Shown: positions 1 through 12,439, numbered from the whole stretch's first letter. The stretch is DNA of 63,098 nt, filler included, from Octopus bimaculoides (GCF_001194135.2; 5 parts of 5 records of this genome joined end to end with filler, not necessarily neighbours in it); one strand, 5' to 3'. Numbers and translations: made by a program. The notes: a model not told the origin generated them from the sequence alone.

Positions 1-50
<50 letters not shown>

Positions 51-92
51 AGTATACGTATATATTTATATGTGTGTATATGCATGTGTGTG

Positions 93-125
<33 letters not shown>
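1..125. repeat. (TA)n/(TG)n compound microsatellite
   Basis: Pure TA run at 1-46, then TG and TA runs. Confidence 0.95.
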
Positions 126-973
126 CAACTGGACAAACTGTTGTAGCATATCACTTATTAGTTCCAAGTCGACATTAATAGAGTAATCATGTCATCAAAT
201 GTTTTCCATTTGTAATTCACCATGCCTTTTTTTTTCCAGTGGCAGGTGGATAATATAGGACTATATTATCCAATGTATCCTTCTTTTATTTTTAGACTGA
301 TATTAAAATATGAAGGAAATTTGACTGCTATTTGTAGCATACCAAGTGATCTTGTAGAAACATTCACCTCAACGTAGTAGTATGTTTTTAATGAGCATTT
401 GTTACTAAACAGGGAGCAAGAAAAGGAATGGCATTAGGCATACTTCTGTATTGGATAGAATTTTCTTGCTGTTTGTCTGTTTTGGTATTTACAGTTCCAT
501 ATTTTCTTTCCTCTTTTTCTAATGATTTAAGCTGACAGTAGTTTGTTTTTCCCAGTTACTCAAGACATTTGATATTTTTCATTTTTATTATAGCACTGCA
601 TATTCAGATCTGAAACTTTATGAGTAATTAATGTTCCCAGAATCCAAGAAAAACAAAAACGGTAAGAAATATTCTCACGTACCCTTTTTTTTTTTCTGTT
701 AGTAATAAATTTATTCCGTTTTCACGCTTGTTTTTGTTTCCCTGCAACAATTATTTTACCATATTATAGTTTTCTTGATCCCTTAGCTGAACTTTGCAGC
801 TGAGCTGTGGGATATTTTTCAAACTGGCCCTCTGACCATCATTTTCAACTTAAACAAAGCTGTCATCACCATCGTCATCACCATCATAGTTCTATAATTG
901 TTTATATACAGCTATATCAGTTATATGAAACTGTATATCAGATACATCTTGTGTTTATATCTATATAAACACT

Positions 974-1389
974 AGGCGCAGGAGTGGCTGTGTGGTAAAT
1001 AGCTTGCTTACCAACCACATGGTTCCAGGTTCAGTCTCACTGCGTGGCACCTTGGGCAAGTGTCTTCTACTATACTATAGCCTCAGGCCGACCAAAGCCT
1101 TGCGAGTGGATTTGGTAGACGGAAACTGAAAAAAGCCCGTCGTATATATATATATATGTATGTATGTGTGTGTATATTTTTGTGTGTCTGTGTTTGTCCC
1201 CCCAACATCGCTTGACAACTGATGCTGGTGTGTTTACGTCCCCGTCACTTAGCGGTCCAGCAAAAAGAGACCAATAGAATAACTACTAGGATTACAAAGA
1301 CTAAGTCCTAGGGTCGATTTGCTCGCCTAAAGGCGGTGCTCCAGCATGGCCGCAGTCAAATGACTGAAATAAGTAAAAGAGTAAAAGAG
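974..1389 (+). mobile_element. tRNA-derived SINE, family 1, near full length (~415 bp)
   Basis: Head AGGCGCAGGAGTGGCTGTGTGG (A-box-like) and GGTTCAGTC (B-box-like), central TA/TG tract, tail GGTGCTCCAGCATGGCCGCAGTCAAATGACTGAAA..GTAAAAGAG. About 10 related copies occur in this window. Confidence 0.9.
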
Positions 1390-1469
1390 TATATTTTGAG
1401 TGGTCAGATGGAAATTTTCAAGTAAATTCTTTGACCATCACTTTTACTTAACTGAGACTTCAACTGTTA

Positions 1470-1850
1470 CTATTATCACCACCACTGCTACCACTACTGT
1501 TGCTGCTGTTACCACTACCACCACCACTGTCACACTGCCACCCTGGCCAATACCCATCATCTTGACCATCATCATCGTCATCATCATCGTTGTCAGTATG
1601 AGAATTGCAATCATCACATCAACATATATATGATGACAACTACCACCACTGTAACAACAGCCCCTACCACCATCAGTAAGATCATTATCTATGTCATTAC
1701 TATCATCATCATTTTAACCACTACAACACTACTAACACCACCATGACCACCAACACCACCACCACCACCACCACCACCACCAACGCTATCCCCATTACAA
1801 CCACCCACCACCAACACCACCACTACCATCACCACTTTATATCAGCTTAA
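1470..1850. repeat. Degenerate (ACC)/(ATC) trinucleotide low-complexity region
   Basis: Runs of accaccacc and atcatcatc. Confidence 0.85.
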
Positions 1851-2377
1851 CAAATATTGGACAGTTTTCAAATATTTACAGGATGTTTTAAGAAGATTAT
1901 TTATAAAAGAATTCAAAGGATTCTTGGAATATTTTATTATTTTCTACAATACAAACTACAAAAGTGATTAAAAATAGGTACCAATTAATTAATGCAGTTT
2001 AGGAATGGTGCCAAATGCAATCGTTATAAGCAAGCAATTGAACTGAGCTAACTAGTGAAGACAATAAAAATTACTGTGTGCTTTCATTACAAAGATTTAG
2101 CATATGTAGCCAGCACTGGCGTCACTAAGAATCAAATATTTTCCAGGATTAACGTTAATAATATATTATTGTATAAATACTGTTTGTGGGGATTGTTGAG
2201 AAAATATAATATCCAATGTAATGATTTACAATAACGGTTGGCACCTTCCTGAAGATGAGCTGTATTGGAAATGGGTCTTTTTTTTTTTTTATCATGTGGG
2301 CCAAAAGAGAATGTAAATGAAGACAAAGTTTAGTGGCAGCCTTATTTTTTTTGTCTTTTGTAAATGTTATCTGTTGT

Positions 2378-2497
2378 AGTGTTAGGAACATAAATTGTGA
2401 CTAAGGTTTGGTGGAAGATTTTAATTCAAAACTTATGAAAACAAGACATTTGTACTCAGAGCCAGAGCTGGTTTCAGCCGGGTTGGTAATAAAAGGG
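2378..2497. mobile_element. One end of a piggyBac-like MITE
   Basis: Ends ...GGTTGGTAATAAAAGGG followed by TTGA, a degenerate GGG|TTAA terminus. The other end is not visible; family assignment is recalled. Confidence 0.45.
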
Positions 2498-2823
2498 TTG
2501 AGACAATATGACTCTCCTCAGACAACAAAATTTGTTTCAATACACAAATTCACATAAAGAATCTTGCAAACCAGATACAAAAACGAAGTAAATATATATA
2601 TATATATATATAGTTACTAGATCAGTTATTATTGGTTTGCTCCATTGCCCACTTTATAATTAAAACATTACAGTCATTTAATATTGTTTATATGATATTG
2701 GATGTGGAAAAGTGTTATGTAAAGCTGTTATCTTTGTTACATAGATCATTTATGCAGCATTCATAAGGAAATAATTACAACTGTCTCATGCAAATGGCTA
2801 CTTTATCAAAAAACAATATTTAT

Positions 2824-3050
2824 TCTTTTATTACTTGTTTCAGTCATTAGACTGCAGCCATGCTGGGGCACTGCCTGGAAAGGTTTTAGTCAAACAAATC
2901 AACTCCAGGACTTTTTTTTTTTTAAGCCTAGTACTTATTCCATCAGTTTATTTTGCTGAACCACTAAGTTACAGGAACATAAACACACCAGTCCCAGTTG
3001 TCAAGTAGTGATGGTGGGGACAAACACAGACACATCACACATACATAGAT
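2824..3050 (-). mobile_element. SINE family 1, 3' half, CpG-decayed
   Basis: Reverse complement of the tail at 1200-1389 (ttgtttcagtcattagactgcagccatgctggggca...). Confidence 0.85.
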
Positions 3051-3054
3051 GTAT

Positions 3055-3097
<43 letters not shown>

Positions 3098-3567
3098 NNN
3101 NNNNNNNNNNNNNNNNNNNNNNNNNNNNNNNNNNNNNNNNNNNNNNNNNNNNNNNNNNNNNNNNNNNNNNNNNNNNNNNNNNNNNNNNNNNNNNNNNNNN
3201 NNNNNNNNNNNNNNNNNNNNNNNNNNNNNNNNNNNNNNNNNNNNNNNNNNNNNNNNNNNNNNNNNNNNNNNNNNNNNNNNNNNNNNNNNNNNNNNNNNNN
3301 NNNNNNNNNNNNNNNNNNNNNNNNNNNNNNNNNNNNNNNNNNNNNNNNNNNNNNNNNNNNNNNNNNNNNNNNNNNNNNNNNNNNNNNNNNNNNNNNNNNN
3401 NNNNNNNNNNNNNNNNNNNNNNNNNNNNNNNNNNNNNNNNNNNNNNNNNNNNNNNNNNNNNNNNNNNNNNNNNNNNNNNNNNNNNNNNNNNNNNNNNNNN
3501 NNNNNNNNNNNNNNNNNNNNNNNNNNNNNNNNNNNNNNNNNNNNNNNNNNNNNNNNNNNNNNNNNNC

Positions 3568-3898
3568 AAGTGGCACGTAAAATACACCATTTTAAGCGTG
3601 GCCGTTGCCAGTACCGCCTGACTGAAGACTGGTGAACCAGATGGCTACACCAGGCTCCAATCTGATTTGGCAGAGTTTCTACAGCTGGATGCCCTTCCTA
3701 ACGCCAACCACTCTGAGAGTGTTTTGGGTGCTTTCACGTGACACCAGCAAGAAGGCCAGTCAGGCGGTACTAGCAACGGCCATGCTCAAAATGGTGTATT
3801 TTACATGCCACCTGCACAGGAGCCAGTTCAGCGGCACTGACAACGATCTCGCTTGAATGTTTTTTCACGTGCCACCAGCACAAGTGCCAGGAAGGCAA
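3568..3898 (-). mobile_element. RTE-type LINE 3' tail or derived repeat
   Basis: Contains TTTCTACAGCTGGATGCCCTTCCTAACGCCAACCACTC, the reverse complement of the copy at 12496-12535. Confidence 0.7.
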
Positions 3899-4410
3899 CA
3901 ATCTTCGTAGTGTACAGAATGGTATGTTGATAATGATAAGGTTATTCAGAAGAAACAAAGGGATTATTCCTTAGTTTGTTTAGATACTGTTACAGGAAAG
4001 TCTTCAGATTTTCTAAGGAAATAAAATGTGATGGGATGAAAATAAAACTTAATAAAATAAAGTGGGTTATTTACATTATTGTATTTAAGAATTTTTGTAA
4101 GTGCTTGACCATATGTGTGTGTATATATACATACACACATACAAACAAGTTCAAGGTTTTTATGGCTTCAAGAAGCTACAGACAGAACTCTTCTGCCAGT
4201 GAAGCTTAATTCAGTCCTCACTGCCCAATTTGGGCTAATACAGGCTAAGGGTTGAAATATATATGACCCAGAGGTAACTGCTGAAGAAACAAGAATTTCT
4301 AACACTATGAGCACTTTAGCTACCATCAAGAGAGATGTTTGCCAAATGTGTAAGCAGCTCCTAGAGTTTCTGCTTGAAGTGAAGTATCTCTGATGTTTAT
4401 TTCACCTGTA

Positions 4411-4445
<35 letters not shown>

Positions 4446-4606
4446 TTGTGTAAATATACATACACACATATAAATGTAATGTGTGCATGTGTGTGTGCGT
4501 GTGTGTGGATAGAGAAATAGATAGATAGGTATACATATGTATATATCTATCTATGTATTTATCTCTGTCTCCCTTTCTCTTTCTCTACATACATACATAT
4601 ATATTT

Positions 4607-4649
<43 letters not shown>

Positions 4650-5307
4650 TGTGTGATCATGCTGTACTAACACAGTGTAGTAATAAGTCTATAAACAAAT
4701 TCACTTGTGTACAAACATTTAGCCTCAATGTATATAAACAGAAAACAGCCTTGTGGTCTAATCAAGTAAGATGAGATTCAATTTGCAAACAAGGACTAAA
4801 TCTATGTTTATTAAACATACATTTCAATTTATTTACAAACAATATCCTTATGTAAATATAATTAACAGTACTAAACACTACTATTGATATTCATTGCTAA
4901 TGTCCTCACTTCTTCAAAATACATGTGTTTCTGACTCTTTTTTTCTTTTCTTTTCTATTTAGTATATTTCTTCTGTGTCCAATTTTCTTTTTTTAGTTTG
5001 CTTTTTAGTTGTTCTGAAATATCTAAAAGTACACATATTCCTTTGGTCCTTTACCAATGAATGATGTTATCCTGATTGTTTGCCTATTTTTGTCAGTATT
5101 CATAGTCAAGTTCTGTTTTTATTGTAACTCTATTCTATTGTCAGTCTTTTCAGCTAGATTTGTAATATTGACAGAGAAGCCCAATATAGTAGTAGTTCTA
5201 CAAATGCTTTTGTGCCTGTCAGTATACTTAGATATTGATAAGACTAGTCTACCTAACAGATGATTGATTGCTTATTATTACTATTATTATTATTATTATT
5301 GTTATTA

Positions 5308-5520
5308 AGTCGGTGAGCTGACAGAATCGTTAGTGCTGGATGAAATGCTTAGCGGTATTTTACCTGTCACTATGTTTTGAGTTAAAATTCTGCTGTGGAT
5401 GACTTTACCTTTCATACTTTCAGGGTTGATAAAATAAGTACCAGTTGAACACTGGGGACAATGCAATTGACTCATTCCCTCCCCCATAATTGCTGCCCTT
5501 GTGGTAAAATGTGAAGCCAT
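5308..5520 (+). mobile_element. tRNA-like SINE, family 2
   Basis: GGTGAGCTGACAGAATCGTTAG...GAGTTAAAATTC...GACTTTACCTTTCAT...GATAAAATAAGTACCAGTTG. Related copies at 10445, 18245, 18365 and 27770. Flanked by (TTA)n. Confidence 0.8.
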
Positions 5521-5550
5521 TATTATTATTTTTATTATTATGATTATTAT

Positions 5551-5658
5551 TAAGTGAGAGAGTAGTGCATGGCATCAAAGTGACACTGGGCTAAAATATA
5601 CAAAGCTCATTATACCCATCATAACTACCCATCTGATAAGGGTACACCAGGCACATGC
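5551..5658 (-). mobile_element. LINE-like 3' end with (TAA)n tail (R4/Dong-like), distal part
   Basis: On the minus strand it ends ...CTCTCTCACTTA followed by a TAA-rich tail. The match to a common Octopus repeat is from recall and unverified. Confidence 0.5.
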
Positions 5659-6354
5659 TGATTCTACTAAAGGTTGTAGTTTTGCAAAGTTTTCTGCACC
5701 CCTATGAAAATATCTTCTCCTGTTGTTGTTCCATGTATACTGCAAATGGATACCATTTCTGCTATAATCTCAAAGTTGCAATTAACACCACGAATGAACA
5801 CAAGTTGTAACGTACAAGAGAGATCAGTAGACTTATCCATTGCAAGAGAATACCACAAAAATTTCTTAGCTTTCTCCTGTATCTGTTACTGTATATTCTC
5901 TCCGAGTTCTTCTATTCTCTGCACAACTGAACTTGCTGAAAGGCTGGTACAGCCAAACATGTTAGCTTTTTCAGGACACAAGTCATTTGCTGCTTCCATC
6001 ATGCACTCTTTTATAAAGTTTTTGTCAGTAAATGGTTTTCTTCGCTCTATCAAATTATTCACTATTTTGTAACTTACACGAGTGATAGATTCATTTTGAA
6101 CAAACTTTTTCGTGAAGAAATTCCTTTGAGATTCCAAACAATGTTTCATAGATTCAAATTTCTCAGATCACAACTTTCCAGAATATTTAGAATGTGTTGA
6201 GAGATGTTTTGCTTCGTAGTGATGACGAATACTGTACTCTTTCATAACAGCAACACTTTCGTTGCATATCAGGCAACTAGCTTTCTGGTCATTGTTTCCA
6301 CAAAGAAGTACCTTGATGACATCCATCATCAACCTTTCTCTTCTTACTAGCCAT
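5659..6354 (-). pseudogene. hAT (SPIN/Charlie, GTF2IRD2-like) transposase, N-terminal half, frameshifted
   Basis: Minus-strand pieces: MASKKRKVDDG (ATG at 6354), KASCLICNESVAVMKEYSIRHHYEAKH (BED-type zinc finger), KPFTDKNFIKECM, SLSASSVVQRIEEL, YSLAMDKSTDLSCTLQL.FIRGV (first catalytic D region) and GTTTGEDIF. Several frameshifts and stops; no TIR seen. Confidence 0.9.
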
Positions 6355-6395
6355 AATGATGGGTGAAGAAGAAACAAAAGCAGTCCTAATATTAT

Positions 6396-6562
6396 CAATT
6401 GGTTAAGGTCAAACAAATGACAAGCAAATCTGTGGTATTGAGTAGAAAATTTACTGTAGCCCATCTTTTATACCAAGATAAAACAATGAACATGATAACA
6501 CTTCTAATTAGTTAAGATCAAAAGTCATGAGAGCCACTACTTGGTACTGCATCAGGGCATTT
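6396..6562 (-). mobile_element. Proximal part of the same LINE-like 3' repeat as 5551-5658
   Basis: TTGGTTAAGGTCAAACAAATGACAAGCAAATCTGTGGTATTGAG...GAGAGCCACTACTTGGTACTGCATCAGGGCA. Family link is recalled, not computed. Confidence 0.45.
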
Positions 6563-7194
6563 ATCATCATCATCATCATCATTATTATTCAATAAGGAAT
6601 CATTATTGCATAAACATACAAGCAAGAAAACAATAAACCATGCAAACTTGTCAGTTACCATGAAGTAATGTCGCCTTTCTGTCTCTCTGGCTCTTGTTAA
6701 AGAAACCTCACTTTGTCATCGAGTATTCACGTCACACTAAAACACAACTACATAATTGTTTTTGAATAAATTTAATAAAATCTTATTACAGTACAAATTT
6801 GGGTTGAGGATAAATCTAATAAAAGAATCACTTATTCGTAAAATGTTATAATTCTTTTTTTTTTTTGGCTTTTTATTTTCCTTCCGTCATTGAATGACCG
6901 TGATTCTCTACATACACACATTGACAAATTCATGTGCAAAATACTCTCACACTTAGTAAATATAATATAGAACAATTGAAAGAGAAAAAAATAGAATAAG
7001 ATAAACCATCAAATGTCCAAACTTGTGAAAGTGGCTGAAAATATGCGTACATCTGAATGTTTATATATATATGTATATTTGTATGTTTACTTAAATAATG
7101 AAGAAGCAGTCAAATTTAAGCACATATATGTTTGTTTACGTCTATGCATGCATGCTGTACACACACACACACACACACACACACATAAATTTAA

Positions 7195-7527
7195 ATGATT
7201 GATATGGAAGAAGATGCAGTGTAACTAGAAGCTTTATCAGCACAACAATCGTTTTGGCTTCATTCTGCACTGCCCCCGTGTAGGTGTGAGATGATGTAAT
7301 GACATCAGATGCAATACACAGTGTAGTGAGCCTCATCAGCTGCTGTAAAATGCTTTAAAAGTTATCAGATTTACATTTCATTTTCACTCCAAGTTATATG
7401 CTGGTGGTGAGTTGCTAGCAATTCATTACGTCGTCCCACATTCACTAGGGAGCATTGCAGAACAAAGCTGAAATGATCACTGTGCTAATAAAGCTTCTAG
7501 TTACACTCCGTCTTCTGTATCAATCAT
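7195..7527. mobile_element. Fold-back MITE with ~110-bp imperfect TIRs, flanked by TTAA
   Basis: 7193-7302 (AAATGATTGATATGGAAGAAGATGCAGTGTAACTAGAAGCTTTATCAGCAC...) is the reverse complement of 7423-7529. TTAA at 7191-7194 and 7528-7531. Confidence 0.75.
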
Positions 7528-7709
7528 TTAAAATATACCCAATGCACACCTTGGAATTCCAGACATAGATCCAACAATGAACGAGCTGTAAAGCCATAAG
7601 TGGTGAATGTGCTCTGAAGTTACACTACCTGGGACTTAACCAAAACAAGGTTTGGATACTGCATTTAATGCCCCCTTTCTAAACCTTAGTTTTTTCATTT
7701 TAAATTTAG

Positions 7710-7748
<39 letters not shown>

Positions 7749-7763
7749 NNNNNNNNNNATATA

Positions 7764-8612
7764 CAGGGTGTGATGGGTAAATTGTTGCCATTTTATATTT
7801 TTAATTTTACACATGTGCATTGTTTGTTTTTGACCTTGTCAACTACACAGTATAGTAGGGTCACTTGGGCACCATCTGTCAGAAAAACAGGACCATGGAG
7901 CAATTCACTCTGCCAGAAATTTGGAAATGACATGCTGCACTGCTTGGCATTCGTTCCAGAAGCTCCAGGACAAACAGATGGTGAACACAGAACAATTGTT
8001 GGATGGCCCATATCCCCAAAATATGTACTGAGAGTGATAAAAATCAAACATCCAGTCAACACCATGGTGTTTGGAGTGAGCACTAGTGATGGCGAAATTA
8101 TACCTCTATTCATCTTCCTACATGTTCTCAGACTCAACACGGAGGCCTACAACAAGTGTCTGGAGGAGGTAGTGCTGCCCTGGGTCAAGAGGGTGGCTGC
8201 TGGAAGACCCTGTGTCTGGCAACAGGACTCTGCACCATGCCACGCAAGCAAGAGAACCCAGTCATATCTGTCAGACAATTTCTGTGACAACATCACCCCT
8301 AACATTCGGTCACCTACCTCGCCAGACTGGAACCCTCTTGATTATTATGTGTGGGGTGCAGTTGAGCATGAGACCAACAAAACTCCTTGATGAACTGAAG
8401 GCAAGGATTATGGCAGAATTCACTAATTTAAACAAGGAGACCATCCGGAAGAGTTGCTGGAGGCCGAGGTTGAAACCAATGGCGATTTTATTGAGTAAAT
8501 TTGCTCTGAAGATATTTTTATGTAATTTTGGTAAATATATCTGTTAAAATGAGATGTCAGTGTTATTTTCATTTTTGTGTAATTTAGACGACAGTTTATT
8601 CACCACACCTTG
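7764..8612 (+). mobile_element. Tc1/mariner DD37D (maT) element, internally deleted
   Basis: TA|CAGGGTGTGATGGGTAAATTG at the left end and CAGTTTATTCACCACACCTTG|TA at the right end form imperfect TIRs with a TA TSD. ORF 7770-8390 ends in the catalytic core WQQDSAPCH...SPDWNPLDYYVWG with 37 residues between the second and third Asp; the N-terminal domain is missing. Confidence 0.9.
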
Positions 8613-8687
8613 TATATCACATATATAATATATATATACATAATATATTATATATAATTATATATATTTTATATTTATAATATATTT

Positions 8688-8718
<31 letters not shown>

Positions 8719-9234
8719 AATCTTAGTGACTTTATATTATAGCTAATTTCTGTATATGTATGCATGTGTCTGTGTGATAAGATTTATACGTATATGCCAA
8801 ATACTCTTCAGACTGATATAACCTTGTAGACATTTATCACATTTCATTTTTTTTATTAAAAAATAAAAAGTAAAGGAAACACCTCTTTTGTTTTTCTCTC
8901 TTAGCAAAGGGCTTCTTGCTAAAATGGTGGGTACAATCACCCAATTTTTCCAATTATCTGCCACATATATTTATTCTCTAATTTTTCTTTGTTTCTTGTC
9001 ATTCATAATGTTTGTTAAGATATATTTTGGAGAAATGCAGTATAAATGTTAAGGTGGATTCAGAAAAAAATTGTATGCATTAAAAAAAGTAACATAAATA
9101 TAAAAATATTTCATAGTTATAGACCAAACAACTCTTTTCATTCTTTATATTATTTGCAGAAAAATAAGGAAAATATGCCAGACATTTGTGTGAAGCAAAT
9201 TTATAAAGATTTCCTGTGTATTCAGGAAACAACA

Positions 9235-9253
9235 ATGTATGTGTGTGTGTGTG

Positions 9254-9304
<51 letters not shown>

Positions 9305-9324
9305 NNNNNNNNNNAAAGAGAGAG

Positions 9325-9365
<41 letters not shown>

Positions 9366-9656
9366 CACACACACATATGTATACATACATTCATACACAC
9401 ACACACACACATATATCTATGTATGTATAAACATATGTGTGTATATGTGCATGAATATATATATGTATATGTATATTCATATATATATGTATATATGTAT
9501 GTATATATATATATATACATATATATATACATATATATACATTTATATATACATATATATACATATATATGTATGTATATATATATATATATATACATAT
9601 ATATATACATATATATACATTTATATATACATATATATACATATATATACATATAC

Positions 9657-9693
<37 letters not shown>

Positions 9694-9830
9694 CATATAT
9701 ATACATATACATATATATACATATACATATATATACATATATATATATACATATATATATACATATATATACATATACATATATATACATATATATATAT
9801 ACATATATATATATACACATATATATATAC
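9235..9830. repeat. Compound TA/ATAC microsatellite with higher-order repeats
   Basis: ATATATAC units, with a block containing ATACATTTATATATAC at ~9537 and again at ~9616. Confidence 0.9.
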
Positions 9831-9930
9831 NNNNNNNNNNNNNNNNNNNNNNNNNNNNNNNNNNNNNNNNNNNNTTAATTAATTAANNNNNNNNNNNNNN
9901 NNNNNNNNNNNNNNNNNNNNNNNNNNNNNN
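9831..9930. other. Assembly spacer: 44 N + TTAATTAATTAA + 44 N
   Basis: Exactly 100 bp; the 12-mer encodes stops in all six frames. Identical spacers at 23935, 42435 and 58190. Confidence 0.95.
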
Positions 9931-9967
<37 letters not shown>

Positions 9968-10059
9968 TTCATATATACACACACACACTTATATGCACTC
10001 ATCCATATATGCATAATTGCACATCTGGAAAAAAAATATATATGTATATGTATGTATGT

Positions 10060-10272
10060 GTGTGTGTATGTTAGTGTGTTTGTGTTTGTCCCTCCAACAT
10101 CGCTTGACAACTGATGCTGGTGTGTTTAGGTCCCCGTAACTTAGCAGTTTGGCATAAGAGACCGATAAAATAAGTACTAGGTTTACACAGAATAAGTCCT
10201 GGAGTCGATTTGCTCGACTAAAGGCGGTGCTCCAGCATGGCCACAGTCAAATGACTGAAACAAGTAAAAGAG
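10060..10272 (+). mobile_element. SINE family 1, 3' half
   Basis: GTTTGTCCCTCCAACATCGCTTGACAAC...CCAGCATGGCCACAGTCAAATGACTGAAACAAGTAAAAGAG. Confidence 0.9.
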
Positions 10273-10444
10273 TAAACAAAAAAGTGCTTGTCTAGTGCTG
10301 GGTGACTTTATGCCATTCATTGTTCCTATCTTCTGAAATTTGTGGCTTTGTGTCAAATATCGAGGTTGGGGGGAATTTGCATATTAAAATCTTGTCCTAT
10401 TTGCCCCTACAGGTCTTCATTGCTCTCCTATTCCCTTTTGATTT

Positions 10445-10645
10445 CAAATTTTGTCACGAGGCCAGCAATTTTGGAGGAGGGTGTTAATTGATTACATCGA
10501 TCCCCAGTGCTCAGCTGGTACTTATTTTATCGACTCTGAAAGGATGAAAGGTAAAGTTTCATCCCCTGAACTCAGAGCATGAAGAGAGATGAAATGCCGC
10601 TAAGCATTTTGCCTGGCATGCTAAAGATTCTGCCAGCTTGCTGCC
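10445..10645 (-). mobile_element. SINE family 2
   Basis: Reverse complement of 5308-5520 (ggtacttattttatcgac...gattctgccagcttgctgcc). Confidence 0.8.
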
Positions 10646-11174
10646 TTCTCTCTGATAAACACTAACAATAAATTATACTCCCCCCCCCCACGCTTTTTTG
10701 CTGTTGTTGTTATAAGGGAACAATATTGATTTTCTAGAATGATTGATTTTCTTACTGGTTTTTCCAAACCAGGAGTGGTCACCTTTGTCAACAGACTCTT
10801 AAAGCAAACAAATATTAATTATACCTTACCTGTACACTAGAATAAATAATACAAGTTTAATATTGGTATCAGGTACCAATAAATGAGAATTAGAAGTTCT
10901 TGCTTGATATGAGGTTTAGAAAGTCAGTTTTGTACCTGTACAAGACAATCACCAGAATCTCTTGTGCTCATCTATGATTCAACATTCTGAGCCTGGCCTC
11001 CTACCCTCTCTGAAAGTCTGAAATCAATATTTATTAGCTTTCATTTAAGTTTTCTCAGTTATGTTCCGATCTATTTATTTAGCTAGCAAAGCATCATCAA
11101 TTGATGGTTTGAAGCTGAAGGAGCCTAGAGGCTGTTTTCATATTTATAGTTTTTTTTTTTTTTTTTTTTTTTAG

Positions 11175-11219
11175 TATTCAGAGATCATCAGCCTCCAGGA
11201 AACCTTTCAAATATCACAA
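11175..11219 (+). CDS. Candidate internal exon (FRDHQPPGNLSNIT), product unknown
   Basis: Long poly-T then AG acceptor, open frame, phase 1-1, weak donor AA|GTGAAG. Confidence 0.25.
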
Positions 11220-11249
11220 GTGAAGTTTAGTTCATGAATGAATTAAGTA

Positions 11250-11337
11250 AGACCACCAGCAGCATTGACCTCTAAGTGGTCGCTCAATCTGCTTAAAATA
11301 GCAACCAAATCTTCTTCGAATCACACCATACTGTCTG
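11250..11337. repeat. Unclassified interspersed repeat (GCTAGAAATAGCAGCCAAATCT core)
   Basis: The same core recurs at 17945-18135 (twice) and 40385-40530 (twice). Confidence 0.7.
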
Positions 11338-11416
11338 GCTAATGTTATCCTGGATAGAATGTCTCCTAAAAGTAGATGAAATTGGTTATTGATAAAATGT
11401 CTTTGTTTAATAATGT

Positions 11417-11800
11417 GTGGAGGTGCAATGGCCCAGTGGTTAGGGCAGCGGACTCGTGATCATAGGATCGCAGTTTCGATTCCCAGACTGGGCATTGTGA
11501 GTGTTTATTAAGTGAAAATACCTAAAGCTCCACGAGGCTCCGGCAGGGGATGGTGGCGAACCCTGCTGTACTCTTCCACCACAACTTTCTCTCACTCTTT
11601 CTTCCTGTTTCTGTTGTGCCTGTAATTCAAAGGGTCAGCCTTGTCACACTGTGTCACGCTGAATATCCCCGAGAACTACGTTAAGGGTACACTTGTCTGT
11701 GGAGCGCTCAGCCACTTGCACGTTAATTTCACGAGCAGGCTGTTCTGTTGATCGGACCAACTGGAACCCTCGATGTCGTAAGCGACGGAGTGCCAACAAC
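11417..11800 (+). mobile_element. tRNA-derived SINE, family 3, full length (~380 bp)
   Basis: Head GGAGGTGCAATGGCCCAGTGGTTAGGGCAGCGGACTC...GTTTCGATTCCC with clear A and B boxes; tail ends GACGGAGTGCCAACAACAA. Partial copies at 15204, ~19340 and 27613. Confidence 0.85.
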
Positions 11801-12439
11801 AAGTCATAGATGTGTATTCAGAGTTGACCCCGATGCTAATCAACAACAAATTTCATTTGATTTTAGCTGACTCTATCTAAAGTCATGTTTATGGATAGAT
11901 GTATGCTTCTCAGTCAGTAAATGTTTACAGCATTCATTATATGTGTGAATATAAATATTTTTATATATTTATATCATTGGTTAGGGGTTATAACTAAGCT
12001 ATTACAAGCGTTTTTTAAAATTTTTATGTTGCTTTTGTTCCAAATTGCTCCTCCTATGGTTTACATTAAACTCAGTTGAATTTGTAAGTGCCAGGTTTTT
12101 CTTAGGAAGTTTTTAAACAGACTCTGGTAAACTCCATTAATTGATAAAGCTAGATAAGTAGAAAGATACATAGATAAATATATATCTAATCCACTTAACA
12201 TTTTAAATTGACTTACTGCTTCTTCAAAAGGTTAAATATTTTAAACTCTTATAGCTTACTGTAAAATGTTTACCCCAAAGCGTTCTTAATATTTTTCTTT
12301 TGTTTCTCTTTCTTCTCTTTTTTTAACATTCATTTTTCCATGTTGACTTGGATGAAATAGTTTCATTGTTGTTTTGCTGTTACATGTTTTTACGGTTAGA
12401 TGCCCTTTCTGCTACAAACAAACCACCACCATCACCATC

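Noticed and set aside
1400-1633. Thr/Ile-rich ORF, and similar Thr/Pro-rich ORFs at 40459-40820
   Set aside because: These are translations of ACC/ATC trinucleotide low-complexity DNA.
10749-11130. Additional plus-strand open frames around 10.75-11.13 kb
   Set aside because: Each lacks a credible donor or ends in a stop, and they conflict with the minus-strand signals.
974-11500. tRNA genes at the SINE heads (974, 5308, 11417)
   Set aside because: A and B boxes are present, but there is no complete cloverleaf and each runs into a multi-copy SINE body.
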